A stretch of DNA of 64,000 nucleotides, from NCBI GenBank assembly GCA_051883655.1, contig JBJEUD010000085.1, forward strand, positions 3,100-67,099. Reading direction: 5' to 3'. This document shows positions 55,476-63,370 of this stretch, one piece after another. This DNA is from Candidatus Faecivicinus sp. GTDB taxonomy: Bacteria > Bacillota > Clostridia > Christensenellales > Aristaeellaceae. Under the pieces are notes generated by a model. It was not told where the DNA came from. It did not search any database and saw only the letters and a program-made list of their open reading frames with translations. Numbering within the stretch: the stretch's first letter is position 1; every line of letters begins with the position of its first letter. The position numbers and the translations under genes are program-made.

Positions 55476-55500
55476 AATAGAAATCAAGGGGGAATCCAGC

Positions 55501-56361
55501 ATGCCCGATCTCATCAATGGTGAAACCGCGATGATCGCCTATCAGACGTTCGAGGGAAAGCCCACATCCTCGTATGTCCCCGAGGTTCATGTCGCGGACC
55601 GTCATCTTCACAAAGAGGTAGAAATGGCTTTCGTGGAAAAGGGCAAACTGACCGTTCGGATCATGGACGAGATCGACGTAGCGGTACATGAAGGCGAAGT
55701 CATCTCCATCAGCGGCAGCACGCTGCACAAGTATACCAACGAGGATCCCGGCACGATCATCATCAAGACCAAATTCATGAAGGACTGGCTGTTTCTGCCC
55801 TTCCTGGACGAGCAGGAGCGCGCAAACTGCCAGCATCTGTACGACGAGGTTTTTGTCGCGCGCGCCGAACAGCCCGTGCGCGAACTCTTTGCCGCGCTGG
55901 TGGCCAGTGAGGATCATCCCTATAACGATCTGTTTGTATTTTCCAAGATTCTCGAGCTGACTGCCTACCTGCTCAAAAACCCCGGCGCCATCCGCCGGGA
56001 GGAGCCGGTCAACATCGAGAGCGCACTGCACATGGACAAGGTGCTGCACTTTCTGCAGACGAACTGCAGCAATCCCAATCTCACACTGCCCATGCTCGCC
56101 CAGCACCTGGGACTTTCGGAGAGCTATTGCTCAAAGTTCTTCAGCAAGAATGTGAAAATGACTTTCGTCGAATACGTCAACGCGCTCCGCGCCAACGCCG
56201 CGCAGTATATGCTGATCAACTCCGACGCCAGCATTACGGAAATTCAGCAGAAGGCCGGTTTTGGCAGCATTCAGACCTTCAACCGCGTATTCAAAAAGCA
56301 AACCAAGATGACCCCCAGCGAATACCGGCAGCGCAAAGGCAAGGGCCGTCAGTGCAAATAG
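55501..56361 (+). CDS. AraC family transcriptional regulator (cupin sensor plus HTH)
   Basis: C-terminal AraC HTH: LAQHLGLSESYCSKFFSKNVKMTFVEYVNALRANAAQYMLINSDASITEIQQKAGFGSIQTFNRVFKKQTKMTPSEYR. Confidence 0.9.
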   Translation: MPDLINGETAMIAYQTFEGKPTSSYVPEVHVADRHLHKEVEMAFVEKGKLTVRIMDEIDVAVHEGEVISISGSTLHKYTNEDPGTIIIKTKFMKDWLFLPFLDEQERANCQHLYDEVFVARAEQPVRELFAALVASEDHPYNDLFVFSKILELTAYLLKNPGAIRREEPVNIESALHMDKVLHFLQTNCSNPNLTLPMLAQHLGLSESYCSKFFSKNVKMTFVEYVNALRANAAQYMLINSDASITEIQQKAGFGSIQTFNRVFKKQTKMTPSEYRQRKGKGRQCK

Positions 56362-56386
56362 TCCCGTTGGCACGCCCGAAGTTCAT

Positions 56387-56426
56387 AAAAACCGAAGCCG
56401 TCGCAAAGCGACGGCTTCGGTTTTTT
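56387..56426. terminator. Bidirectional hairpin terminator
   Basis: aaaaaccgaagccgtcgc-aaa-gcgacggcttcggttttt stem with A5 and T6 flanks. It overlaps the SDR stop codon. Confidence 0.8.
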
Positions 56427-57165
56427 ACATATAGGATCCTCCGGAAACAACCAGGCATTCGCCCGTGATAAAACTGGAATCATCCGAAGCCAGGAACGCG
56501 GCTGCCGCCGCCAGCTCCTCCGGCTTGCCCAGGCGTCCGAGCGGAATCGCCGCCAGGAAGCGCTGCATCGTGGCCTCGGGAACTGCGCGAAGCATCTCGG
56601 TGTCCACATAGCTGGGCGCAATGCAATTCACGGTAATGCTGTTGCGGGCAAGGTCGCGCGCCATGCACTTTGTCAGTCCGATCACGCCCGCCTTGGACGC
56701 ACCGTAATTCGTCTGACCAAGATTGCCAAATGCGGATACGGACGCCAGGTTGACGATCTTTCCATAATTGCGCGCCCGCATTCCTGGAATGACGCACTTC
56801 GCGCAATTATAGATTCCGGTCAGATTGACGCGAATCACGTCGTCCCATTGATCATCCGTCATCTTGTGAAACATTGCGTCCCGCGTGATGCCCGCGTTAT
56901 TGACCAGGATATCAATGCGCCCAAAGCGCGATTCCACCGCCGAAAACGCGCGGGCCGCGCTCTCGCGATCGCCTACGTCCAACTCGTAGCCGCCTGCGCG
57001 CGCTCCGGTGGGATCCAGACTGCGCGCAGCCGCTTCAATCCTGACGGGATTGACGTCCATCATCGCCACATAATCGCAGCCGTCCTCCAGCAGGCGCTTT
57101 GCGATCGCCAGGCCAATGCCCTGCGCGGCGCCGGTTACTGCGGCAATTTTACCAGTGAGTCTCAT
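56425..57165 (-). CDS. SDR family oxidoreductase (FabG-like)
   Basis: TGAAQGIGLAIAKRL (TGxxxGIG), NNAG, and the YGASKAG catalytic motif. Confidence 0.9.
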   Translation of the reverse strand: MRLTGKIAAVTGAAQGIGLAIAKRLLEDGCDYVAMMDVNPVRIEAAARSLDPTGARAGGYELDVGDRESAARAFSAVESRFGRIDILVNNAGITRDAMFHKMTDDQWDDVIRVNLTGIYNCAKCVIPGMRARNYGKIVNLASVSAFGNLGQTNYGASKAGVIGLTKCMARDLARNSITVNCIAPSYVDTEMLRAVPEATMQRFLAAIPLGRLGKPEELAAAAAFLASDDSSFITGECLVVSGGSYM

Positions 57166-58610
57166 GAAAGCGTCTCTTCCTTTCCATTCAGTTTCATTAC
57201 AGCTTCATACAGCGCATCCTCGCCGCCCACATTTCCGGGGAAGATGACATAGGGCAAGCCCGGGAATTTGCTTTCAGCGCCGGTTTGCCACACGGGGATT
57301 CCAGGCAGAATCTGGCCCATGACCCGCGCCTTCTTCACCTTCAGAGCCGCCGTGCCAATTTCGCTGGAGGTGATGCCGCCCTTTGCCAGAATGAATCTGG
57401 GCCGAAGCGTCAGATCGCGGACAAAGCCGGTTACCGCGTCGGAAATCCGCAGCGACAGGCGAAGGTCGTCCTCCGCGTTTCCGGTATTCGCATCCAGCCG
57501 GGTGCGGCTGGTATACACCGCCGCCGTGCGCCCTTCGCGCAGGGCCTTTTCTTCCCGGCGAAGCACTCTTGCGCGCTCGTCGGCAAAGGCCGATTCATCG
57601 TTGACTGTGCGCACATCGAATTCGATGAACTCAATCGGGCAGCGCCTTTTCAGAAAGTCCAGCTGCAGCGTCGTCTTCTGAACGTGCGAGCCCACGATGA
57701 TCAGCCCGCCGTTTCGGTTGTCCGGATCCCTCAGCTCGCGTCCGGACAGCAGCGGACGGTCGCCGACGCCGCCCAGCACCTTCGTAACCGCAGCGGCGCT
57801 GCGAAACAGAAAGCGCTTGCCCGAGGTCACCGCTTCAATGAAGCCCAGCGCAAACACCTCGACATCGGAATAGTCAATCGCATTTACGACAACCTTGCCA
57901 AAATCGTGCACAGACGCCAGTATGCGCGCCACCCCTTCCGCGTCCCCGCGCCGCAAGAGTTCAAGGGGAACGGAGGCGACGTCGCCCGCGCGAATCGCGC
58001 CGCCATGCTTTTCCTCAATGTATTCCTTCAGATTCGACGCCCGATAGCCGAAGGTGCGGTCCCGTGCAAATTCCGTCTGCCCGGCCGGCGTCAGTTCTCC
58101 GTTCATGGCCACATAGTGCACATCGTCCACCGTATAGCGGCCGCCCTCCTTAAAAAATGGGATCAGAATCTCGCCATCGTATTTCTGCCCGGTCTGTTCC
58201 TCCAAAACGCTGCGCAGAACCTGCGTTTCCAGAGGATAGTGGCCGCGGAGTGTGGAATCGCTTCGGCTGATCACGACAAAGTCCTGCGCCGTTTCGCGGG
58301 CAGCCCGGGCAATGGCGCGAGCCATCGCAGCATGCTCCGCTTCGGTGCGCTCGCGGGAAAAGCCGCGGGAATTGGTCAGGATGAAGAACATCCTCTCCGG
58401 CGCGCGAAACGCCTCCAGCAGTGTATCTTCCCTCCAGTCCGTGTAAACGCAGACGTCATGAACCGTCTGGACGCCGGTGGGATCGTCGTCCAGCACGACG
58501 ATCTTGCGTTCGAAGCGGGCAAGCGCCGCCCGAAGCGCCGACTGTATGCCGGCGGAGTCCGCAGACGGATAGCCGTCCAGGGCGCTCATCGGCAATCGTC
58601 TTTCATTCAT
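57162..58610 (-). CDS. Four-carbon acid sugar kinase family protein (DUF1537)
   Basis: IVVLDDDPTGVQTVHDV N-terminal motif, two-domain length of 482 aa, and C-terminal ...ILPGIPVW...PYVIFPGNVG. Confidence 0.8.
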   Translation of the reverse strand: MNERRLPMSALDGYPSADSAGIQSALRAALARFERKIVVLDDDPTGVQTVHDVCVYTDWREDTLLEAFRAPERMFFILTNSRGFSRERTEAEHAAMARAIARAARETAQDFVVISRSDSTLRGHYPLETQVLRSVLEEQTGQKYDGEILIPFFKEGGRYTVDDVHYVAMNGELTPAGQTEFARDRTFGYRASNLKEYIEEKHGGAIRAGDVASVPLELLRRGDAEGVARILASVHDFGKVVVNAIDYSDVEVFALGFIEAVTSGKRFLFRSAAAVTKVLGGVGDRPLLSGRELRDPDNRNGGLIIVGSHVQKTTLQLDFLKRRCPIEFIEFDVRTVNDESAFADERARVLRREEKALREGRTAAVYTSRTRLDANTGNAEDDLRLSLRISDAVTGFVRDLTLRPRFILAKGGITSSEIGTAALKVKKARVMGQILPGIPVWQTGAESKFPGLPYVIFPGNVGGEDALYEAVMKLNGKEETLS

Positions 58611-58625
58611 ACTGCTCAGCTCCTT

Positions 58626-59813
58626 TTACATGCGTTCAAATGCGGCGCTCAACCCCTGTCCGCCTCCGATGCACAGGGACGCCAGGCCATAGCGCGCGCT
58701 GCGCCGCTGCATTTCGGACAACAGCTTGACGGTGATCACCGCACCTGTCGCGCCAATGGGATGCCCCAGCGAGATGCCCGAGCCATTGGGATTGACCCGA
58801 GCAGGATCCAGATCCAGATCCTGGATGCAGGCCATTGCTTGCGATGCGAAGGCCTCGTTGAGCTCCGCAAGATCAAAGTCCGAGGGTTTCAGACCGGACT
58901 TGCGCGCCAGCGCCAATGTGGAGGCGACAGGGCCAAGGCCCATGTACATGGGGTCCACACCCGCAGCGGCAAAGTCCACGATCCGCGCAATCGGCTTCAG
59001 CTCCAGCGCACGCGCCCGGCTTTCGCTCATGATCACCACAGCGGCCGCCGCATCGTTGACGCCGGAGGCATTGCCCGCAGTAACCAATCCATCCGGGCCC
59101 AGCAGAGGCCTGAGCCGCGCGAGCTTTTCCATGCTGGTCTCCCGGGGATGCTCGTCGGTGTCAAAGACGCGGACCTGTTTCTGAACCTTCACCTCCACGG
59201 GGACAATCTGATCCCGGAAGAGCCCCGCGTCGATGGCGGCGCGTGCCCGGCGCTGACTTTCCAGCGCATAGGCGTCCAGTTGCTCCCGCGTATAGCCGTA
59301 GCGGCGCGCAATGTTCTCGGCCGTGATGCAGATATGCTGGTTGGGACCGGAAAACGGTTCGCACAGCGCAGTGGTCAGCGCGTCTTCCAGCATGTTCGTT
59401 CCAACGCCCATGCGCATTCCCCAGCGAGCGCCCCGCAGCAGATAGGGATAGCTGGACATGCTCTCAGCGCCGCCGGCCAGAACCACCTCCGCATCGCCGC
59501 TTTCGATCAGCATCGCGCCGGTCACAATGGCCTGAAGGCCGGACGCGCACAGGCGGTTGACCGTCTGCGCCGAGGCCTCCTTGCGCACGCCGGCGTTGAT
59601 GCCGATCAGCCGCGCCATAAACGCATTTACACCATACTGGCCCACGCAGCCGAACACGACTTCGTCGACCTCATCCCCCGTCATTCCCGCTCTGCTAAGG
59701 GCTTCCGAGGCCGCGATTGTGCCCAGGCTCACCGTATCAAAGTCCTTCAGGGATCCGCCAAAGCTGCCCACTGCGGTTCGGGCCATGGAAACGATTACTG
59801 GCTTGTGAAACAT
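58626..59813 (-). CDS. Acetyl-CoA C-acetyltransferase (thiolase II)
   Basis: VIVSMARTAVGSFGGS, NRLCASGLQAI (active-site Cys), GISLGHPIGATG and CIGGGQG. GGAGG SD lies upstream of the ATG at 59813. Confidence 0.92.
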   Translation of the reverse strand: MFHKPVIVSMARTAVGSFGGSLKDFDTVSLGTIAASEALSRAGMTGDEVDEVVFGCVGQYGVNAFMARLIGINAGVRKEASAQTVNRLCASGLQAIVTGAMLIESGDAEVVLAGGAESMSSYPYLLRGARWGMRMGVGTNMLEDALTTALCEPFSGPNQHICITAENIARRYGYTREQLDAYALESQRRARAAIDAGLFRDQIVPVEVKVQKQVRVFDTDEHPRETSMEKLARLRPLLGPDGLVTAGNASGVNDAAAAVVIMSESRARALELKPIARIVDFAAAGVDPMYMGLGPVASTLALARKSGLKPSDFDLAELNEAFASQAMACIQDLDLDPARVNPNGSGISLGHPIGATGAVITVKLLSEMQRRSARYGLASLCIGGGQGLSAAFERM

Positions 59814-59878
59814 GATTGACGCCTCCAAATATCAGTAAATCCCGCACAACGCTCGGATGTGCTTTGTGCGGGATCGCT

Positions 59879-60814
59879 TTAGAATTCCACCTTGTCAATG
59901 CCCTTGAGCTGAAGCTGCTCGCGGGCGTCATCCGGCGTTCCGATGGGATAGTCCAATTCCTCGAGAATCCTGCGGATCTTCGCCACCTGCTCGGCATTGG
60001 ACCGGGCCAGCGTGCCATCGGGCTTGATGTACAGGCCGTCCTCCATGCCCACGCGGACATTGCCTCCCTGCAGGGCCATCATCGTGGCCAGGCGGAACAT
60101 TCTGCGGCCCGGCGCAACGCAGCAGTACTGAATATCGTTGCCCAGCAGCTTCTTCGCCTGATCGATGATGAACAGCATTCCCTCGTTGCTGATGGGCATG
60201 CCGCCCATGATGCCCGGCACGAACTGCAGATATACGGGCTTCTGAATGACGCCCTTCTTGACGAAATGCTCCAGGTTCTTGATCTGGCCGTAGTCGAACA
60301 GCTCAAACTCCGGCCGCGTGCCGCAGCGGTTCATTGTGGTCACGCAGTACTCGATATCGGCGAATGTGTTCTTAAACACATTGTCCCAGGTGCGGGTGAT
60401 GAAGGGCTTTTCCCAATCGTACTGGAAATCCACACCCTCCGCCAGCCGGGAAAAGCAGAAGTTGATGGAACCGCCGTTTGCCGAGGCCATCTCCGGTTTG
60501 AACCGTTCGATCACCGCAAAGCGCTCCTGGGTTGTCATGCCCTGGGCGCCGCCGGTCGTGATGCCGATTACAACATTGCACTGCTTTTTGATGCCCGTGA
60601 GGATCTTTTCAAAGGTATCGTAATCGGCCGTGGGCTTTCCGTCCTCCAGGCGCGCATGGATGTGGACGATGGACGCGCCCGCCTTGTACGCATCTACAGC
60701 ATTCTGAATGATCTGATCCGCATCCTTGGGAAGGAAGGGGGACATCGTTGGCGTATGCACGCCGCCAGTAATCGCCGCAGAAATGAGAACCTTTCGCTGA
60801 GCCTTGCCAGCCAT
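59879..60814 (-). CDS. Beta-keto acid cleavage enzyme (BKACE/DUF849, 3-keto-5-aminohexanoate cleavage enzyme family)
   Basis: VLISAAITGGVHTPTMSPFLPKDADQIIQNAVDAYKAGASIVHIHAR is the BKACE opening; 311 aa. Confidence 0.85.
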   Translation of the reverse strand: MAGKAQRKVLISAAITGGVHTPTMSPFLPKDADQIIQNAVDAYKAGASIVHIHARLEDGKPTADYDTFEKILTGIKKQCNVVIGITTGGAQGMTTQERFAVIERFKPEMASANGGSINFCFSRLAEGVDFQYDWEKPFITRTWDNVFKNTFADIEYCVTTMNRCGTRPEFELFDYGQIKNLEHFVKKGVIQKPVYLQFVPGIMGGMPISNEGMLFIIDQAKKLLGNDIQYCCVAPGRRMFRLATMMALQGGNVRVGMEDGLYIKPDGTLARSNAEQVAKIRRILEELDYPIGTPDDAREQLQLKGIDKVEF

Positions 60815-60829
60815 AAAACCGCCTCCTGT

Positions 60830-61612
60830 CTATTTTGCCGCCTGCCGCAGAATGGCCAGCGACCCGATGGCGCGCGGCGAATCCAGCGGCAGATCGATTT
60901 CCAGTGTGATATCGCCGTCATATCCCGCTTCGGCCAGTTTTCGAACGCGTTCGATGTGCATTCCCGCCTTTTCGGGCTTCAGAAACGAACGCTGCTGCGG
61001 AGTGCCGTCGTCGTCAGAGATATGCGCGTGAAAAATCCAGGGAAGCTCCTCTTGCAGAAAGCGCCTGTCCGCCTCCCCCTCGTGCTCCATGTTGTAAAAA
61101 TCCACGACCACGCCGACATTGCCGAGCGCCGCCGCACGGGCAATCCGCAAAGCTTCATCGACACGATTGATCCAGTTGCAATAGCACTGTCCCAGTGCTT
61201 CGACGCAGACGCGTATGCCCGCCAATCCGAATACCTCGCCTGTCGCGCGGAAGAAATCAACCGTCTGCTGAAACGCCCGGTCCGAAGCGTAGTGCTCCGG
61301 CAGGATCCGGGAAAACGGAGAGCCAATTCCAACCGTGCGAACGCCAAGCGCCTGCGCGCGGGGCAGCAGCTTTCTCGCGTAGGCCGCCGCGCGAACGGGA
61401 TCCGCGCCCTCCCCTGCAATCACCAGATCGCCCGGGCAATAGGCGTTGAAGCCCAGACAGGGAATCCGCGCACGATCCAGCTCCCGCCTGAGCGCGTCAA
61501 AGTCCCGCTGATCCATCCTCTGAACGCGCTTCCCTGCCAGCTCCACGTAATCAAAGCCGCAGTTTTTGGCCAGCGCCGCTTCACCCGGCGCGATGGAAAC
61601 ACCGACCCTCAT
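60830..61612 (-). CDS. Sugar phosphate isomerase/epimerase (xylose-isomerase-like TIM barrel)
   Basis: 260-aa AP_endonuc_2-type pattern (FDYVEL..., CVEALGQ..., HAHISDDDG). Confidence 0.75.
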   Translation of the reverse strand: MRVGVSIAPGEAALAKNCGFDYVELAGKRVQRMDQRDFDALRRELDRARIPCLGFNAYCPGDLVIAGEGADPVRAAAYARKLLPRAQALGVRTVGIGSPFSRILPEHYASDRAFQQTVDFFRATGEVFGLAGIRVCVEALGQCYCNWINRVDEALRIARAAALGNVGVVVDFYNMEHEGEADRRFLQEELPWIFHAHISDDDGTPQQRSFLKPEKAGMHIERVRKLAEAGYDGDITLEIDLPLDSPRAIGSLAILRQAAK

Positions 61613-62058
61613 CCTCTGCGCTCCGCATCCATCTGCTCCAGTTTTTTCACACGGCGATGGAAATCCTCATCCTCGGAAAAGCGCGCGTTCAGAAAGATCC
61701 CGATGAGTTCCTCCGCCACCGTGTGGCCGATGATCTGCCCGCCCATGGCGATGATCTGCACATTATCGTGTTCGACGCACTGATGCGCGGTATAGACGTC
61801 GTGGCAAACCGAGGCACGAATGCCCGGAACCTTGTTGCAGGCGATGCAGGCGCCCACGCCGGTGCCGCAGAACATGATGCCGCGCTCCGCCCGTCCGGAA
61901 AGAACGGCCTCGCACACCGCCCTGGCAATATCCGGAAAATCCACCGGTTCAGGATCGTAGCAGCCCATATCGAGGATTTCATGCCTGCGGTTCAGTTCGG
62001 GCAGCAGCTTCTGCTTGAGCGCGAAGCCCGCATGATCGGAACCAACGGCAATTTTCAT
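61609..62058 (-). CDS. rpiB: RpiB/LacA/LacB family sugar-phosphate isomerase
   Basis: MKIAVGSDHAGFALKQKL...GIMFCGTGVGACIACNKVPGIRA...HDNVQIIAMGGQIIG. Confidence 0.88.
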   Translation of the reverse strand: MKIAVGSDHAGFALKQKLLPELNRRHEILDMGCYDPEPVDFPDIARAVCEAVLSGRAERGIMFCGTGVGACIACNKVPGIRASVCHDVYTAHQCVEHDNVQIIAMGGQIIGHTVAEELIGIFLNARFSEDEDFHRRVKKLEQMDAERRG

Positions 62059-62501
62059 GCAAGCTCCCTCCTGCTGCGGTCAATATAGCACACTCCGTAT
62101 TCATCCAGATACCGCTTGAGCTCCAGATCGCCAAGCTCAACCAGAGAAACCTCCAGCAGATACAAAACCTCGCAGCCCACCTCAAGATGCCCGTTATAGG
62201 CCCTGCCCTGGGCGTCGGAAAACGCCGCGTGGGCATGGACGTCGCCGTCGAGGATCAATCCCTGGATCGCTCCGATCTCGCAGGCCCGGTCGATGGTAAC
62301 AAACACATTTTCGGGATCGTCTGCCGTACTGGCCACATAGTGATACCGCATTTTCCGGGCGGAACCGATTGCGCTGACGATCATGGCGTTTTTAACGTTC
62401 ATCTCGCGGCACGCCGCGCCAATTCCCTCCAGGATGTCCTCTCCCTTGGACAGATTCACCACAATTTTCCGGCCGCTGCCTTCACCCGCAAAGTACCTCA
62501 T
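62055..62501 (-). CDS. PPC (DUF296) domain-containing protein
   Basis: 148 aa. The layout GEDILEGIGAACREMNVKNAMIVSAIGSARKMRY...GDVHAHAAFSD is typical of PPC/DUF296. Confidence 0.65.
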   Translation of the reverse strand: MRYFAGEGSGRKIVVNLSKGEDILEGIGAACREMNVKNAMIVSAIGSARKMRYHYVASTADDPENVFVTIDRACEIGAIQGLILDGDVHAHAAFSDAQGRAYNGHLEVGCEVLYLLEVSLVELGDLELKRYLDEYGVCYIDRSRRELA

Positions 62502-62514
62502 GCTGTCGTCCTCC

Positions 62515-63354
62515 TTATCCTTTCACGCTGCCTGCCGTAACGCCCTCGATCAGATACCGCTGAAAAGCGATAAACATGACAAACAGCGGAATCAGAGAGA
62601 CAATCGACATGGCAAACATTGCGCCCCAGTAGCTTTCGCCCATCGCATCCACATATTGTCTCAGGGCGATGGACACGGTGAATGTCTTGATGTTGCTCAG
62701 ATAGATCATCTGGGTAAAGAAGTCGTTCCATGTCCAGATGAAGGTGAAGATGCAGGTGGTAATGATGGTGGGAACAGACAAGGGAATCACAATGCGCAGA
62801 TAGTGAGCCGTATAGCCGCAGCCGTCAATTCTGGCGGCTTCATCAATTTCCTTCGGCAGGCCGCGCATATACTGGGTCATCATGAATACGAAGAAGCCCT
62901 CTGTCGCCAGAAATTTGGGAACGATCATCGGCAGATAGGTGTTCACCCAGCCGATCTTGTTGTACACAATGTACTGGGGAATCAGGCGCACGTGCAGCGG
63001 CAGCATCATCGCCGCCATCATCAGCATAAACCAAACATTCCGCAGCGGAAAATTCAGCTTGGAAAAGGCATACGCCGTCATGGAACAGGAAATCACATTG
63101 CCGATCATCGCGGCAAATACAATCAGAAATGAGTTGCCCAGAAACCTTGCGAAGCTGTAACCGGAAATGCCGGACCAGCCCACCCTGTAATTCTCCAGAG
63201 TCCAGGTTTTCGGCAGAAAGGAACTGCTTTGGAAGATTTCGGTGCCCGGCTTAAAGGAGCTGGTGAGCATCCACAGCAGGGGATAGATCATGAAAACACC
63301 GAAGGCAATGACCAGAATATGGAACAAAGCAGTGTTGATTTTTCTCTTTGTCAT
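62515..63354 (-). CDS. Carbohydrate ABC transporter permease (CUT1 family)
   Basis: 6 TM helices and the EAA loop EAARIDGCGYTAHYLRIVIPLSVP. Confidence 0.9.
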   Translation of the reverse strand: MTKRKINTALFHILVIAFGVFMIYPLLWMLTSSFKPGTEIFQSSSFLPKTWTLENYRVGWSGISGYSFARFLGNSFLIVFAAMIGNVISCSMTAYAFSKLNFPLRNVWFMLMMAAMMLPLHVRLIPQYIVYNKIGWVNTYLPMIVPKFLATEGFFVFMMTQYMRGLPKEIDEAARIDGCGYTAHYLRIVIPLSVPTIITTCIFTFIWTWNDFFTQMIYLSNIKTFTVSIALRQYVDAMGESYWGAMFAMSIVSLIPLFVMFIAFQRYLIEGVTAGSVKG

Positions 63355-63370
63355 GACGCCGGCCCCCTTC

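Noticed and set aside
55107-55517. 136-aa minus-strand ORF as an intact gene.
   Set aside because: Only the central 55 or so residues resemble a transposase N-terminal block. The flanks have no coding character and the ORF overlaps the AraC promoter and start. It is treated as an IS relic.
57285-59819. 844-aa plus-strand ORF. Similar long ORFs occur at 10251-12554, 35270-36907, 36932-38269, 38178-39746, 8994-10082, 6664-7815, 25095-26894, 46561-48525 and 59816-61783.
   Set aside because: All are antisense or out-of-frame shadows of recognisable genes on the opposite strand or frame. None has a convincing start context or family signature.
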